A stretch of DNA of 54,460 bases, taken from Mycobacterium phage prophiGD12-2. This document shows, piece by piece, positions 37,904-47,114 of this stretch. The translations under genes were made by a program, and so were the position numbers. The stretch is taken from the sequence record MW584207.1. One strand, given 5' to 3'. Positions within the stretch are counted from its first letter, which is position 1, and every line of letters starts with the position of its first letter. The notes below the pieces were generated by a model, which saw nothing but the letters and a program-made list of their open reading frames with translations, ran no database searches and was not told the origin of the DNA.

Positions 37904-39009
37904 CCGCACCCGCCGACCCGGTACAGGCACAGCTTGGCGACCGGGTGTATCTGGGCACCCGGCTGGCCAATGTGCATTTCTACGGCGACGTGTCCGACAT
38001 CGACACACCCGGCGCCACCACGGCCACGATGGAAATGGTTGGCGACGACGCGGTGGTCACCATGGACGCCCTGGTCGGACCCAAGGGCAATGACGGCGAG
38101 ATGGCGCCCATTGTCCGCATGCAATACGGCTCACCCATCGACAGCCTGCAAGAGCTTGAAGAGCTGGCCAACACCCTGACCGACACCCCCGACGACATTG
38201 GCAAGGCCTGGTGGATCGGCAACCAGGTCTACATGTGGGACGGCACCGGATTCAAGGTCAAGGCCATGGGCACCGCCGGACCGGCCGGGCCTGTGCCGAA
38301 CATCTCCCCCACCATTGAGTCGATCCCGTGGGCCGAGCAGCTGGCGGGCCGCAAGTCCAAGATCACCGTCAGCGGCACCGCCAACAACCCTGGCTGGCAT
38401 TTCGAGATTGCAGCACCGCAGGGCCCCAAGGGCGATAACGCCACCATCGCCGACGCGCTCGACTTCGATGACACCCTGCCGCCCACAGGAGGCCAGGTCG
38501 TCACCTGGGATGCCACCAAGAGCAAGTTCGTCCTAGCCGACCCCAACCCGTTCGCCACACGCATGTACACGATGCCGGAGGCCGCTTTTCAGTCGGTGCC
38601 GCTGGCCGTGGGTACCAAGGTCCCGATCGGTTCGCGCGAGATTCCCGAACAGACGCAGGAATACAACCTGTGGATTCAGGGGCACCTGCGCACCAACGGT
38701 GTTGACCTTGACTTTGATCCGTTCCAGATCGGTTGCGAGGTCCGCATTTCCGAGCCGAACACCGATCCCAAGGGCGGCATCTTGGTGGCCCGCGGCTTCG
38801 GCAACTCCTCGCAGATGTTGCATATCAGCCCGCACGCTTCGACACCCCAAACACCTTCCGATGCCATCTCTCCCGATGGCGTGTACGGCAGATTCCCGCA
38901 GGGGCAAAAGCGCATCCTGACGGTGTTCTTGTACACAGACGGCCTGTTCGGCGTCTACAACTTTCAGCCCCGCGACGCCCAGCTGGCGATACAGGTGATC
39001 CCGGTCTAA
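37900..39009 (+). CDS. Minor tail protein
   Basis: ATGA overlap. 369 aa. Confidence 0.5.
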   Translation: MTAPADPVQAQLGDRVYLGTRLANVHFYGDVSDIDTPGATTATMEMVGDDAVVTMDALVGPKGNDGEMAPIVRMQYGSPIDSLQELEELANTLTDTPDDIGKAWWIGNQVYMWDGTGFKVKAMGTAGPAGPVPNISPTIESIPWAEQLAGRKSKITVSGTANNPGWHFEIAAPQGPKGDNATIADALDFDDTLPPTGGQVVTWDATKSKFVLADPNPFATRMYTMPEAAFQSVPLAVGTKVPIGSREIPEQTQEYNLWIQGHLRTNGVDLDFDPFQIGCEVRISEPNTDPKGGILVARGFGNSSQMLHISPHASTPQTPSDAISPDGVYGRFPQGQKRILTVFLYTDGLFGVYNFQPRDAQLAIQVIPV

Positions 39010-40406
39010 TGGCCGTCTTCGACCGGCGCCAAGTCGGGCCACCACTGACCCACAACCCAAACACCAAGCTGGCCTTCGACAATCCCATGGCCTTCACCAA
39101 GGGCGCGGGCGACGGCGTTGACCGCTTCATCGAAATGATTGTCGAGGGCATCAAGCGCCTATTCGGCATCGACCTGGCCGCACTGGCGGGAATTCTGACC
39201 GGCAAGTGGAACATCCTTGAGGGCCTACAGGGCGCGGTGTCCACGGTGCAGGGCGTCATCACCAACATTCAGTCAGCCATCACCACCCTGCAAGACAAGG
39301 TCGAAGACATCCCCGTACTGGGCGACTTCTTCGAAATCATCACCGGCAGACCAGATTCAGACCCCAACGATGCCGGTACGTGGATACGCAACGCCTTCGA
39401 CGCCATCCTGCACGGCAGCCAGGGCGGCACCAACCCCGGCAGCAACGACAACTTCATCACCAACCTGTTCAACGCCATTACCGGAGTGCGCAACACCGCA
39501 GCAGCAGCCAATACCACTGCGCAGGCCGCGAACACTAACGCCAATGACGCGCTGGGCAGCGTTGTCGACGGCTTCAAGAACATGTTCGATACCTGGTTTG
39601 GTGGCACTGCCGCCACCGGGACTGCCGCAGAGGTGCAACAAACAATCGCCGCCATCAAACAGGCGACTATCGGCGACTACACCGTCGACACCTTCACGTC
39701 CAACGACACATGGACCAAACCAGCCAATCTGCGCGAGTGCTGGTTGATCGTGATCGGCGGCGGCGGAAAAGGTATGCCCGGCACCACCTCGGGGACCAAC
39801 GCCGACGTACGGCCGGGCGGTCTAGGTGGATCCTCGGGTGGCTACATCGGCCAGCAGATCGCGCCCGCTGACATCCCCGCCACCTTGTCCGTCACGGTCG
39901 GGCCAGGGGCGAGCACCAATGGCGCTGACGGCGGCATCACCTCTATCGGCAATCTGGTGTCCTCATCCCCGAACGGCTCCGGCATCTCCACACTCGCCGG
40001 TTTCACCCCAGCGGCCTCCACGCCGGGGCGCGGGGGCAATGGCGGGCAAGCCACCGGGTCCGGGGGCAGTGCCGGTCAAGACGGCGGCGCTACCCCGCTG
40101 GCGGCGGGCGGAGTCGGCGGGGCGGGCCGCAACTCGACCGGAACCGCCGACGCCGGAACCGCAGGCGCCGCAGCCTCGCTGACCGCACCCACAAAAGCCG
40201 GTGGCGGAGGTGGCGGCGGCGGGGGTGGCGCCGGGTCCACGTCCTCGACCGGTACGCGCCGAGGCGGTGATGGCGGCGCGGGCGGCTACCCCGGTGGCGG
40301 GTCTGGGGGCGGCGGCTCAGCAGTCGGCGGCGGCACGTTCGCCACCCAAACCCCCGGCCAACCCGGTCCAGCGCCCAATGGGGCAGCCATCATCATCTGG
40401 AAATAG
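39009..40406 (+). CDS. Glycine-rich minor tail protein
   Basis: TAATG overlap at 39009. C-terminal poly-Gly/Ser/Thr repeats (GGGGGGGGGGAGSTSSTG). Confidence 0.55.
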   Translation: MAVFDRRQVGPPLTHNPNTKLAFDNPMAFTKGAGDGVDRFIEMIVEGIKRLFGIDLAALAGILTGKWNILEGLQGAVSTVQGVITNIQSAITTLQDKVEDIPVLGDFFEIITGRPDSDPNDAGTWIRNAFDAILHGSQGGTNPGSNDNFITNLFNAITGVRNTAAAANTTAQAANTNANDALGSVVDGFKNMFDTWFGGTAATGTAAEVQQTIAAIKQATIGDYTVDTFTSNDTWTKPANLRECWLIVIGGGGKGMPGTTSGTNADVRPGGLGGSSGGYIGQQIAPADIPATLSVTVGPGASTNGADGGITSIGNLVSSSPNGSGISTLAGFTPAASTPGRGGNGGQATGSGGSAGQDGGATPLAAGGVGGAGRNSTGTADAGTAGAAASLTAPTKAGGGGGGGGGGAGSTSSTGTRRGGDGGAGGYPGGGSGGGGSAVGGGTFATQTPGQPGPAPNGAAIIIWK

Positions 40407-40421
40407 AAGAAGGCACGCAAC

Positions 40422-40712
40422 GTGAATGCTGTTGAGCTACAAACCGATATGAGCGCCTGGCCCGCTGGCTGCAAGCATTTTCGACTGGCAGATGGCACGC
40501 ATGTGGTCATTGACGTCGACACACCCGATGAGCGCCACGACCGCCATGTCGACCAGATAACGCGCGGCGCCGAATACACCTACACCCCACGTCCCACGGT
40601 GGTTATCGCGGTCGATGAGAACGCCTGCGCCACCAGTCTTGAACGGCTGCACGAGTTTGCGCCCGGCACAACACACGACGAAGCGATAGCGCAGATGGAG
40701 GCGGATCGATGA
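40422..40712 (+). CDS. Hypothetical tail-region protein
   Basis: Operon context. Confidence 0.4.
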   Translation: MNAVELQTDMSAWPAGCKHFRLADGTHVVIDVDTPDERHDRHVDQITRGAEYTYTPRPTVVIAVDENACATSLERLHEFAPGTTHDEAIAQMEADR

Positions 40713-41077
40713 TCGGCGGCTACGACCCCGACCTGAATATCACACTATCGGTCCGGCAGGACTTCATCTTGTTGTTGCGCCTCAAGGCTGACGATGACGG
40801 CACCGCGCCGAACATTCACGACATCTTCCCGGCAGGCACCACCATCGATCTGCGGTTCTACCCGGACATGGCGGCGGTGCGTGCCGGTACCGAAATAGAC
40901 GGCACAGCAATACAACCGACCATCACCGATGACGGTGTATTCATCCGCATTGAGTCGCCCATCGCCGACAAGATCCCAGCCAAAGCCGAGGCGCGGCTGA
41001 CCGTCACCTACCCGTCGAGCTATCCCAACGGCGACAACCTGCCATGGGCCAAATGCCGGGTGGCGCGCGATGACTGA
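40709..41077 (+). CDS. Hypothetical tail-region protein
   Basis: ATGA overlap. Confidence 0.4.
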   Translation: MIGGYDPDLNITLSVRQDFILLLRLKADDDGTAPNIHDIFPAGTTIDLRFYPDMAAVRAGTEIDGTAIQPTITDDGVFIRIESPIADKIPAKAEARLTVTYPSSYPNGDNLPWAKCRVARDD

Positions 41078-41366
41078 GCTTCCCCGCCTAGTCATCGACA
41101 CCGAACCGGTGCCGGTCATCGAACTGACCGCGCCAACCCGCCCCAAGCTCACACTGGCCGCGCCAAAGCCATCCGAGCAGATAGCCACACCAGTGCCCGG
41201 CCCGCCAGGACCACGCGGAGAGCAAGGCGCACAAGGCGAAGCTGGACCGACGTTTTCAGGCAAGGCGTTCTGGTACGGGTCCGGCCCTCCTTCTGTGGTG
41301 ATCGGTTCCAAGCCCGGCGATATCTACGTGGACGTCGACACCGGCTCCACCTACGAACTCAAATAG
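41070..41366 (+). CDS. Collagen-like minor tail protein
   Basis: G-X-Y triplets (GPPGPRGEQGAQGEAGP). C-terminal GDIYVDVDTGSTYELK. Confidence 0.5.
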   Translation: MTELPRLVIDTEPVPVIELTAPTRPKLTLAAPKPSEQIATPVPGPPGPRGEQGAQGEAGPTFSGKAFWYGSGPPSVVIGSKPGDIYVDVDTGSTYELK

Positions 41367-41380
41367 AAGGGACAGCTGAT

Positions 41381-41866
41381 ATGGCATGGACACAAACCGG
41401 AAGTCTCAAGGGACCCAAGGGCGATAAGGGAGACAAGGGAGATGTCGGCGAGCGCGGCCCGGTCGGAGCCGATGGCCCACCAGGCATTGATGGCAAGTCG
41501 GTTGTCCTGAGGGACAACGTCGCCAACGAGGCGGCGCTAGCCAATATTCAGAATCCACAGCCTGGCGATGCGTACATTACGGACGATCTGGGCGAGATTT
41601 GGGTCTACGGCACGCAGGGGTGGACCAACGCCGGTCTGCTACGAGGCCCCCAGGGGCTCAAGGGCGATCCAGGTGCTGACTCAACTGTGCCCGGCCCTCC
41701 GGGCGCACCTGGCGCCGACTCGACCGTTCCCGGGCCTCCCGGTAACCCCGGCCCGCGTGGAGCGCGAATGACGTCTGGTAACGGCACGCCAGGAACAATC
41801 TCAGGACAGATGGTCGGTGATACCTACCTCGACCTAGCTACCGGAACTGTCTACGAATTGCAGTAG
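41381..41866 (+). CDS. Collagen-like minor tail protein
   Basis: KGPKGDKGDKGDVGERGPVGADGPPGIDG. Tandem ADSTVPGPPG repeat. C-terminal GDTYLDLATGTVYELQ paralogous to 41070..41366. Confidence 0.55.
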   Translation: MAWTQTGSLKGPKGDKGDKGDVGERGPVGADGPPGIDGKSVVLRDNVANEAALANIQNPQPGDAYITDDLGEIWVYGTQGWTNAGLLRGPQGLKGDPGADSTVPGPPGAPGADSTVPGPPGNPGPRGARMTSGNGTPGTISGQMVGDTYLDLATGTVYELQ

Positions 41867-41867
41867 G

Positions 41868-42320
41868 TCATATCCTGATTGCCGATTTGCCTGCGTGGTA
41901 GCGGCGCCGCTTGGCGGCGTTGCGTGTCTCTCTATCACACACCGAGCAGACTCGCTGAGTACGCCCGGCCCACATGACCCTCTTGTCGTACGGATGTCCG
42001 TTGGGGCACTTCGTCTTTTGGCTATTCACATAGCCAACCGATGACGAGTCCTTCAGAGCGTTGTCCCTGACAGTCACCATCTGCAGATGTTGGGGATTCA
42101 CACATGCGCGATTCCGGCAAGTGTGATTGACGACAAAGCCATCAGGTATCGCGCCATTGGCGATATACCAAGCCATTCGGTGTGCACGCCGATTGGCGCC
42201 CCGAAAGTAAAACGATCCGTACCCGTCGCGGTCTAGAGCCCCTTGCCACACAAGGCAATCCACCACGCGCTTCGACTTAGCGGTGAACCTCTTGGCTTCC
42301 GCTTCGGTGACTTCACTCAT
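41868..42320 (-). CDS. HNH endonuclease (HNH_3/AP2-type), free-standing and reverse-oriented within the tail fibre cluster
   Basis: LVWQGALDRDGYGSFYFRGANRRAHRMAWYIANGAIPDGFVVNHTCRNRACVNPQHL. Confidence 0.65.
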   Translation of the reverse strand: MSEVTEAEAKRFTAKSKRVVDCLVWQGALDRDGYGSFYFRGANRRAHRMAWYIANGAIPDGFVVNHTCRNRACVNPQHLQMVTVRDNALKDSSSVGYVNSQKTKCPNGHPYDKRVMWAGRTQRVCSVCDRETRNAAKRRRYHAGKSAIRI

Positions 42321-42707
42321 GACAAGGAGCCTAAACCAGATGGTAATAAAGGTACGAAAGGCACTCCGTTGCCTTGGGTAACTAAGTCGGCACTGGCAGT
42401 GGCCTGGTCGGCGATCATCGGCAAGCCGTCCACTTTCCCGCCGACCACCGGCACAACCGCCGCCACCGCCTGCGCCGGAAACGATGCTCGCCTGGGCGAT
42501 ACCCGTGTACCCACGGACAGCTCAGTGACCAATGCCAAGGTCGCGGCGAACGCAGCCATCGACGTGTCAAAGCTCGGCACCGGCAGAGTCGTCGGGTCCG
42601 TCAACGGCACCGCCACCTCCCTGACGGTGTGGGCGGGCACCAGGGCTCAATATGACGTGCTGCCGGCCCCACGGGACAGCAACACCATCTACATCTGGGC
42701 GACGTAA
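42243..42707 (+). CDS. Collagen-like minor tail protein with uncertain start. Its 5' region overlaps the HNH gene on the opposite strand.
   Basis: GNKGTKGTP triplets. No canonical in-frame start follows SD AAGGAG at 42324. The only in-frame starts are TTG 42243 and TTG 42369. Confidence 0.4.
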   Translation: MPHKAIHHALRLSGEPLGFRFGDFTHDKEPKPDGNKGTKGTPLPWVTKSALAVAWSAIIGKPSTFPPTTGTTAATACAGNDARLGDTRVPTDSSVTNAKVAANAAIDVSKLGTGRVVGSVNGTATSLTVWAGTRAQYDVLPAPRDSNTIYIWAT

Positions 42708-43370
42708 ATGCCTATCAGCATTGGCGATACGTTGCTCATCGGCGGCGTGGACGGGCCCGTGAACAAGTACATCAACGGCATCAGTCTCGGCGATGTGCAG
42801 GTATGGGCCAGCGACCCCCGCACCGACCTGTTCGCCGAAACGCAGTCCGTCCTACCGCCAACCTGGGCCTACCGGGCCGACTACGTGATCCTGCCCGCAG
42901 GCGGCGGCGGCGGTGCCGGTGAAGGCGGTCTAGGGCGTTCTGGAATAGGCGGCTACACCGGCACATGGCTCACCGGCACATTTATCGTCCCCAGTAGCTC
43001 GCTAGGCCTGACCTTGGGCGCCGGAGGTATCGGCGGTCAATCCGAGGGCGGCGGCAAGGGCGCACCCGGAAGCTCCGGCGGCACAACATCAATCAACGGC
43101 CCCGGCGGGCTCATTGCATCCGCCCCAGGCGGTCTGGGCGGCGAAGGCGCCAACTCCGGCGGCAGCGGCCAGAACGGCAAAACCATCAGCCCCCAAACCC
43201 TCTCGGCTTTCGGAGAGGCATTCGCCGCAGGCAGCGGAGGCACCGGCAACGCCGGTACAGGCGGGATCGGCGCGGGCGGCGCCGGAGGCAACGGCGGCAT
43301 CTTCGGCAGCTTCACCAAAGGCGGCACAGGCGGGCCAGCGCGTATCTGGCTTCGGTGGCGCTCGTACTAA
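42708..43370 (+). CDS. Glycine-rich minor tail protein
   Basis: GGGGAGEGGLGRSGIGG...GGNGGIFG repeats. Confidence 0.55.
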   Translation: MPISIGDTLLIGGVDGPVNKYINGISLGDVQVWASDPRTDLFAETQSVLPPTWAYRADYVILPAGGGGGAGEGGLGRSGIGGYTGTWLTGTFIVPSSSLGLTLGAGGIGGQSEGGGKGAPGSSGGTTSINGPGGLIASAPGGLGGEGANSGGSGQNGKTISPQTLSAFGEAFAAGSGGTGNAGTGGIGAGGAGGNGGIFGSFTKGGTGGPARIWLRWRSY

Positions 43371-43387
43371 CCAGAGAGGCAACAACT

Positions 43388-43633
43388 ATGGGGTTCATCA
43401 AGACGCACATCACCGACCCAATTCGCCACGCAGTCGTTGACGAGATTCGTCGGCAGATCCCGGTGATCATCAAGGCGGTAGTCATCGCCATCGCCGAAAC
43501 GGTCGGCAACACTGCTATCTCCGGGGTCGACAAGATCACCGACGCGATACCTGGCGATGCCGATGACCGGATCATCGACCCACTGGTCGAGAAAGTCCGC
43601 GACACCGCCCGCAGGCTGGGGCTGAGCCTGTGA
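43388..43633 (+). CDS. Small protein upstream of lysA (Ms6 gp1-like LysA chaperone candidate)
   Basis: SD GAGAGG 8 nt upstream of ATG 43388. Synteny with the Ms6 lysis cassette. Confidence 0.4.
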   Translation: MGFIKTHITDPIRHAVVDEIRRQIPVIIKAVVIAIAETVGNTAISGVDKITDAIPGDADDRIIDPLVEKVRDTARRLGLSL

Positions 43634-44931
43634 GCTTCGTAGAGTTCGACGCCAAGCCGCTGCGCACCCGCGAGCAGGTGGCACGCGAAGTGCACGCCGT
43701 CGCGCTCGACAAGGGTCTCGATGAGCTGGCCAGCGCCATCGCGCTCATGACCATCTCCACCGAGGTCGGCGCCAACGACGAAAACGGCGAACGTCAGTGG
43801 TGGTGCCCGGCCAACCCGTCACGTGACGAAGAGACCATGAACTATCCGCACGACTCCACCTCGGACGACAGCCGCTCATCGGGGTACCTACAGCAGCAGC
43901 CAGGCCCGAACGGCGAGCCGTGGTGGGGCACCGCCTACGACCGCATGACCCTGGCCCGCTCAGTGGGCATGTTCTTTGACCGGCTCCCCGACGACTACCG
44001 AAGAGCCGCAGACAACCCCGCCCTTGCCGGCCAAATGGCACAGCGCGTCCAGCGCAGCTCCTACCCCGACCGCTACGCGCAGAAGTGGGCCGAAGCCTGG
44101 GAAGTGCTGCGCCGCGCCCTATCCGACGACGAACCAACACCACCCGGAGGCAACAGCATGGCATGGACAGGCGACCCGATCTGGCTTGAGGACGTTCTAC
44201 GCCCGGCGCTCGGCGATCGGCTCAAGACGCTACCCGGCTGGCAGAACGCCGGACACGGCGACTTCAAAGACATTCGTGGCCTCATGTGGCACCACACCGG
44301 CAATTCCCGCGAGTCGGCACAGTCGATTCGCAACGGGCGCCCCGACCTGCCGGGGCCACTGTCCAATATCCACATCGCGCCGGACGGCACGGTCACAATC
44401 GTCGCGGTCGGCGTCTGCTGGCATGCGGGCCAAGGCTCCTACCCGTGGCTGCCGACCAACAACGCCAACTGGCACATGATCGGCATCGAATGCGCCTGGC
44501 CCGACATCGCACCCGATGGGGCCTACGATCCCGGCCAGCGCTGGCCCGACGCGCAGATCATTGCCATGCGCGATGTGGCCGCAGCGCTAACGACAAAGCT
44601 CGGCGTCGATGTCAGCCGCAACATCGGCCACAAGGAATATGCCGGTGCCGCACAGGGCAAGTGGGACCCCGGCAACATCGATATGAATTGGTTCCGAGGC
44701 GAAATCGCCAAGGACATGCGCGGCGAATTCGACCCGGCGAACCCGCCCACACCGCCCGTGGTCGTGCCTCCCCCGGTTCTTCCCGGACCCGCCAACCCCC
44801 GCACCGACCGCCAGCTTCTCGAAGAGATTTGGGACCAACTGCGCGGCCCTGGCGGCAACGGCTGGCCACAGCTCGGTGGCAAGACCCTGGTCGATGCCAT
44901 CGCCGAACTCACCGACAAGAAGGCGGCGTAA
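43630..44931 (+). CDS. lysA: Lysin A (endolysin with PGRP/amidase_2 domain and N-terminal peptidase-like domain)
   Basis: MWHHTGNS...HIAPDGTV...IGIECAWP...GHKEY amidase_2/PGRP signature. GTGA overlap at 43630. Confidence 0.75.
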   Translation: MSFVEFDAKPLRTREQVAREVHAVALDKGLDELASAIALMTISTEVGANDENGERQWWCPANPSRDEETMNYPHDSTSDDSRSSGYLQQQPGPNGEPWWGTAYDRMTLARSVGMFFDRLPDDYRRAADNPALAGQMAQRVQRSSYPDRYAQKWAEAWEVLRRALSDDEPTPPGGNSMAWTGDPIWLEDVLRPALGDRLKTLPGWQNAGHGDFKDIRGLMWHHTGNSRESAQSIRNGRPDLPGPLSNIHIAPDGTVTIVAVGVCWHAGQGSYPWLPTNNANWHMIGIECAWPDIAPDGAYDPGQRWPDAQIIAMRDVAAALTTKLGVDVSRNIGHKEYAGAAQGKWDPGNIDMNWFRGEIAKDMRGEFDPANPPTPPVVVPPPVLPGPANPRTDRQLLEEIWDQLRGPGGNGWPQLGGKTLVDAIAELTDKKAA

Positions 44932-44933
44932 CC

Positions 44934-45938
44934 ATGTATCTGAGCGGCCAATACGTCGGCCTCGGCGAGGGTGACGACTCTCCCGAGGTCGGCAAGATCA
45001 TCGACTTCATTCTGGTCAAGTGGGACCGATTCGATGACCTGCTCACGCCCGGCACCACCCGGTTTACTCCCGAGCTGACGGCGATCATCACCGAGCTGCA
45101 AGGGATCTACGTCACCGAAGGCAAGCTCGCCCCAGGGAGTTTCACACCCGGCGTGATCAACCTGGAAACCAAATACGCCATGGGCTACCTGAAACGTCCT
45201 GTGCCCGAAGATAAGCGGCCCGTACTGTTCACGGTCTGCGGAACCGGCGTGCCCTGGTGGGTCGGCCCCGACGCCGACACCGCACGGTCCGTGGAGCGCA
45301 AGTACCGATGGCAGCCCATCGGCTACCGCGCCGCCCCGTTCCCCATGGGCACATCCATCGATGAAGGCCGCGAAGAGCTAGTCAACCAGCTCACCATCCA
45401 CCGCCTACAAGTGGAGCGCTTCGGCGGCGCGCTCGGCGGCTTCTCACAAGGCGCCATCATCATCGCGCTGGTATGGGAACTCGATATTAGGCCGCTCACC
45501 GGACGCCTGCACTGGGCATACGGCAAGATCAAAAAGGCTGTGGCATGGGGTAATCCCATGCGCGAGAAGGGTAAAGCCTACGGCGACGCCAACGGCCAGG
45601 CACCCGGACCCGAATCACACGGCATCGCCGATCAGCTGATGGTAGATACCCCGCACTGGTGGCGTAACTACGCCCACCAGGGCGACATGTACACCGATGT
45701 CGAAGGCGATTCCGGCGAGATGAAAACGTCCATCTACAAGGTGGTCATCGGTCAACGCGTCTTCACCGGCCCCGATTCCATTCTGGCGCAAGTCGTTGAG
45801 ATTGTGCAGCGACCAGCCATCGAGCTAGTCGCCCTCACCAAAGCCGTCCTGGACGCCGGTCTGTTCTTCGTCAAACGCACAGGGCCGCACCTGAACTACG
45901 ACACCGCGCCCGCCGTCGACTATCTACTGCAAGATTGA
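44934..45938 (+). CDS. lysB: Lysin B (mycolylarabinogalactan esterase, GxSxG serine esterase)
   Basis: GFSQGA lipase motif. Position between lysA and the holin. 334 aa from ATG 44934. Confidence 0.65.
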   Translation: MYLSGQYVGLGEGDDSPEVGKIIDFILVKWDRFDDLLTPGTTRFTPELTAIITELQGIYVTEGKLAPGSFTPGVINLETKYAMGYLKRPVPEDKRPVLFTVCGTGVPWWVGPDADTARSVERKYRWQPIGYRAAPFPMGTSIDEGREELVNQLTIHRLQVERFGGALGGFSQGAIIIALVWELDIRPLTGRLHWAYGKIKKAVAWGNPMREKGKAYGDANGQAPGPESHGIADQLMVDTPHWWRNYAHQGDMYTDVEGDSGEMKTSIYKVVIGQRVFTGPDSILAQVVEIVQRPAIELVALTKAVLDAGLFFVKRTGPHLNYDTAPAVDYLLQD

Positions 45939-45945
45939 GGTTTGG

Positions 45946-46176
45946 ATGATGATTGAGAAGTTGAGACAACTGCTCACGCCGAAAGTAAGGCTCTGGCTGT
46001 ATGCCGTTGCCGTGGCGCTTTTTTCGCTCATGCTCTACTACAACGTCGTAGACGAACAGGCAGCCCCGCTGTGGCTGAACCTCATTTCGACGGTGTTCGT
46101 CGTCGGCGGTCAGGCCATCGCAACGGCCCACATTCCGCGCGGTGGCTCGCCCAAGAATGACGAGACCAACCGGTGA
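45946..46176 (+). CDS. Holin (two TM helices)
   Basis: 76 aa. LWLYAVAVALFSLMLYY and LNLISTVFVVGGQAIA hydrophobic segments. Confidence 0.6.
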   Translation: MMIEKLRQLLTPKVRLWLYAVAVALFSLMLYYNVVDEQAAPLWLNLISTVFVVGGQAIATAHIPRGGSPKNDETNR

Positions 46177-46538
46177 CCCTCGACCAGTGGCTTGAACTCG
46201 CTGTCAGCCTGCTTGCGGGCGGGGTCATCGGTACCGCCATCAAGTCACTAGTAGACCGATGGAACGCCAAGGACGCCAACAGCTCTGCGAACTGGAAAGC
46301 CTTCGCCACCGAGCAGCGCGAGACCTTCGCCGCTGCCATGACCGAGCAGCGCGAAGCCCACAACGCCGCGATCGGCGCACTCGGTGGCCGCGTTCAAGCG
46401 CTTGAGGACCGGCTGACCGAAGAGCAGAAGGTGCTAGGCATCGCCCTGGCTCACCTGCGCGAGCTTCGGCGGTGGATTCAGGGCGGTGCTCACGGCGACG
46501 TGCCGCCGCTTCCTGCCCAGCTGGAGGGAAGGCTGTAG
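46173..46538 (+). CDS. Single-TM lysis-associated membrane protein (Ms6 gp5-like)
   Basis: LELAVSLLAGGVIGTAI TM segment. ATGA overlap with the holin. Confidence 0.5.
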   Translation: MTLDQWLELAVSLLAGGVIGTAIKSLVDRWNAKDANSSANWKAFATEQRETFAAAMTEQREAHNAAIGALGGRVQALEDRLTEEQKVLGIALAHLRELRRWIQGGAHGDVPPLPAQLEGRL

Positions 46539-46544
46539 GCCGGA

Positions 46545-46578
46545 CACAGCGCGTTGTCGGCCCCTGGGCGTGCCGCTA
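46545..46578. repeat. 34-bp imperfect direct repeat, copy L (CACAGCGCGTTGTCGGCCCCTGGGCGTGCCGCTA)
   Basis: About 29 of 34 positions match 48483-48516. Flanks the lipoprotein-protease cassette. Confidence 0.55.
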
Positions 46579-47097
46579 CTTAGGTGACTGGTTTTTCGAT
46601 CTGTCGGAAATGATCTTCATGGCCTTCTGTAGCTTCTCCTGCCCTGGCGCGAAGGCGCCAGATTCAACCGATTTGAGGTCAGCGGAATTCAGATGAATGC
46701 TGTTCCACAAGTGGTACCAGTCAGCCTTGACGCTTTTGTTGCCCACAAACAGTATGTAGTCGCCGGGTGTAATCGGCTTGCTTCCGGTACCTAGAACCTC
46801 GCATTTTTCGGTGCCCTCTTGCGCAATAGTGAATGTACTTGGAGGTTCGCCTTTGAGCGCCTTGATCACCGTAGCTGGAAACAACGTCCGTGGATCACTG
46901 GGACTCTCAACTGTGCCAGTCGAGTTGCCGACAGACGCCACGACAACGCTCTGGGACCTCTCGGTCAGGAGCCCGACATCGGTGGTATCGAACGCTGGGT
47001 CTTGAACAAGTTGGCACGTCTCAGATTTGTCTCCCGAGCATCCGGTCAGGCCCAGGACTAGGGCACTGACCGCCAGGAATGCGCGCATTCTCATCAT
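46576..47097 (-). CDS. Lipoprotein (signal peptide with lipobox LTGC)
   Basis: MMRMRAFLAVSALVLGLTGC. SD AGGAAG upstream of ATG 47097/47094. The longest ORF runs to 47226. Confidence 0.6.
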   Translation of the reverse strand: MMRMRAFLAVSALVLGLTGCSGDKSETCQLVQDPAFDTTDVGLLTERSQSVVVASVGNSTGTVESPSDPRTLFPATVIKALKGEPPSTFTIAQEGTEKCEVLGTGSKPITPGDYILFVGNKSVKADWYHLWNSIHLNSADLKSVESGAFAPGQEKLQKAMKIISDRSKNQSPK

Positions 47098-47114
47098 GAT
47101 CTTCCTGTCGCCCT

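Noticed and set aside
40200-40330. G-rich tract (GGTGGCGGAGGTGGCGGCGGCGGGGGTGGC) as a G-quadruplex regulatory element
   Set aside because: It is in-frame coding sequence for a poly-Gly segment of the minor tail protein. The same signature occurs in the paralogous Gly-rich fibre gene.
42340-42381. RBS-preceded ATG 42340 giving a 13-aa peptide (MVIKVRKALRCLG) as a frameshift entry into the collagen-like gene
   Set aside because: No X_XXY_YYZ slippery heptamer lies between the ATG and its stop. It is kept only as an open question under the HNH-insertion finding.
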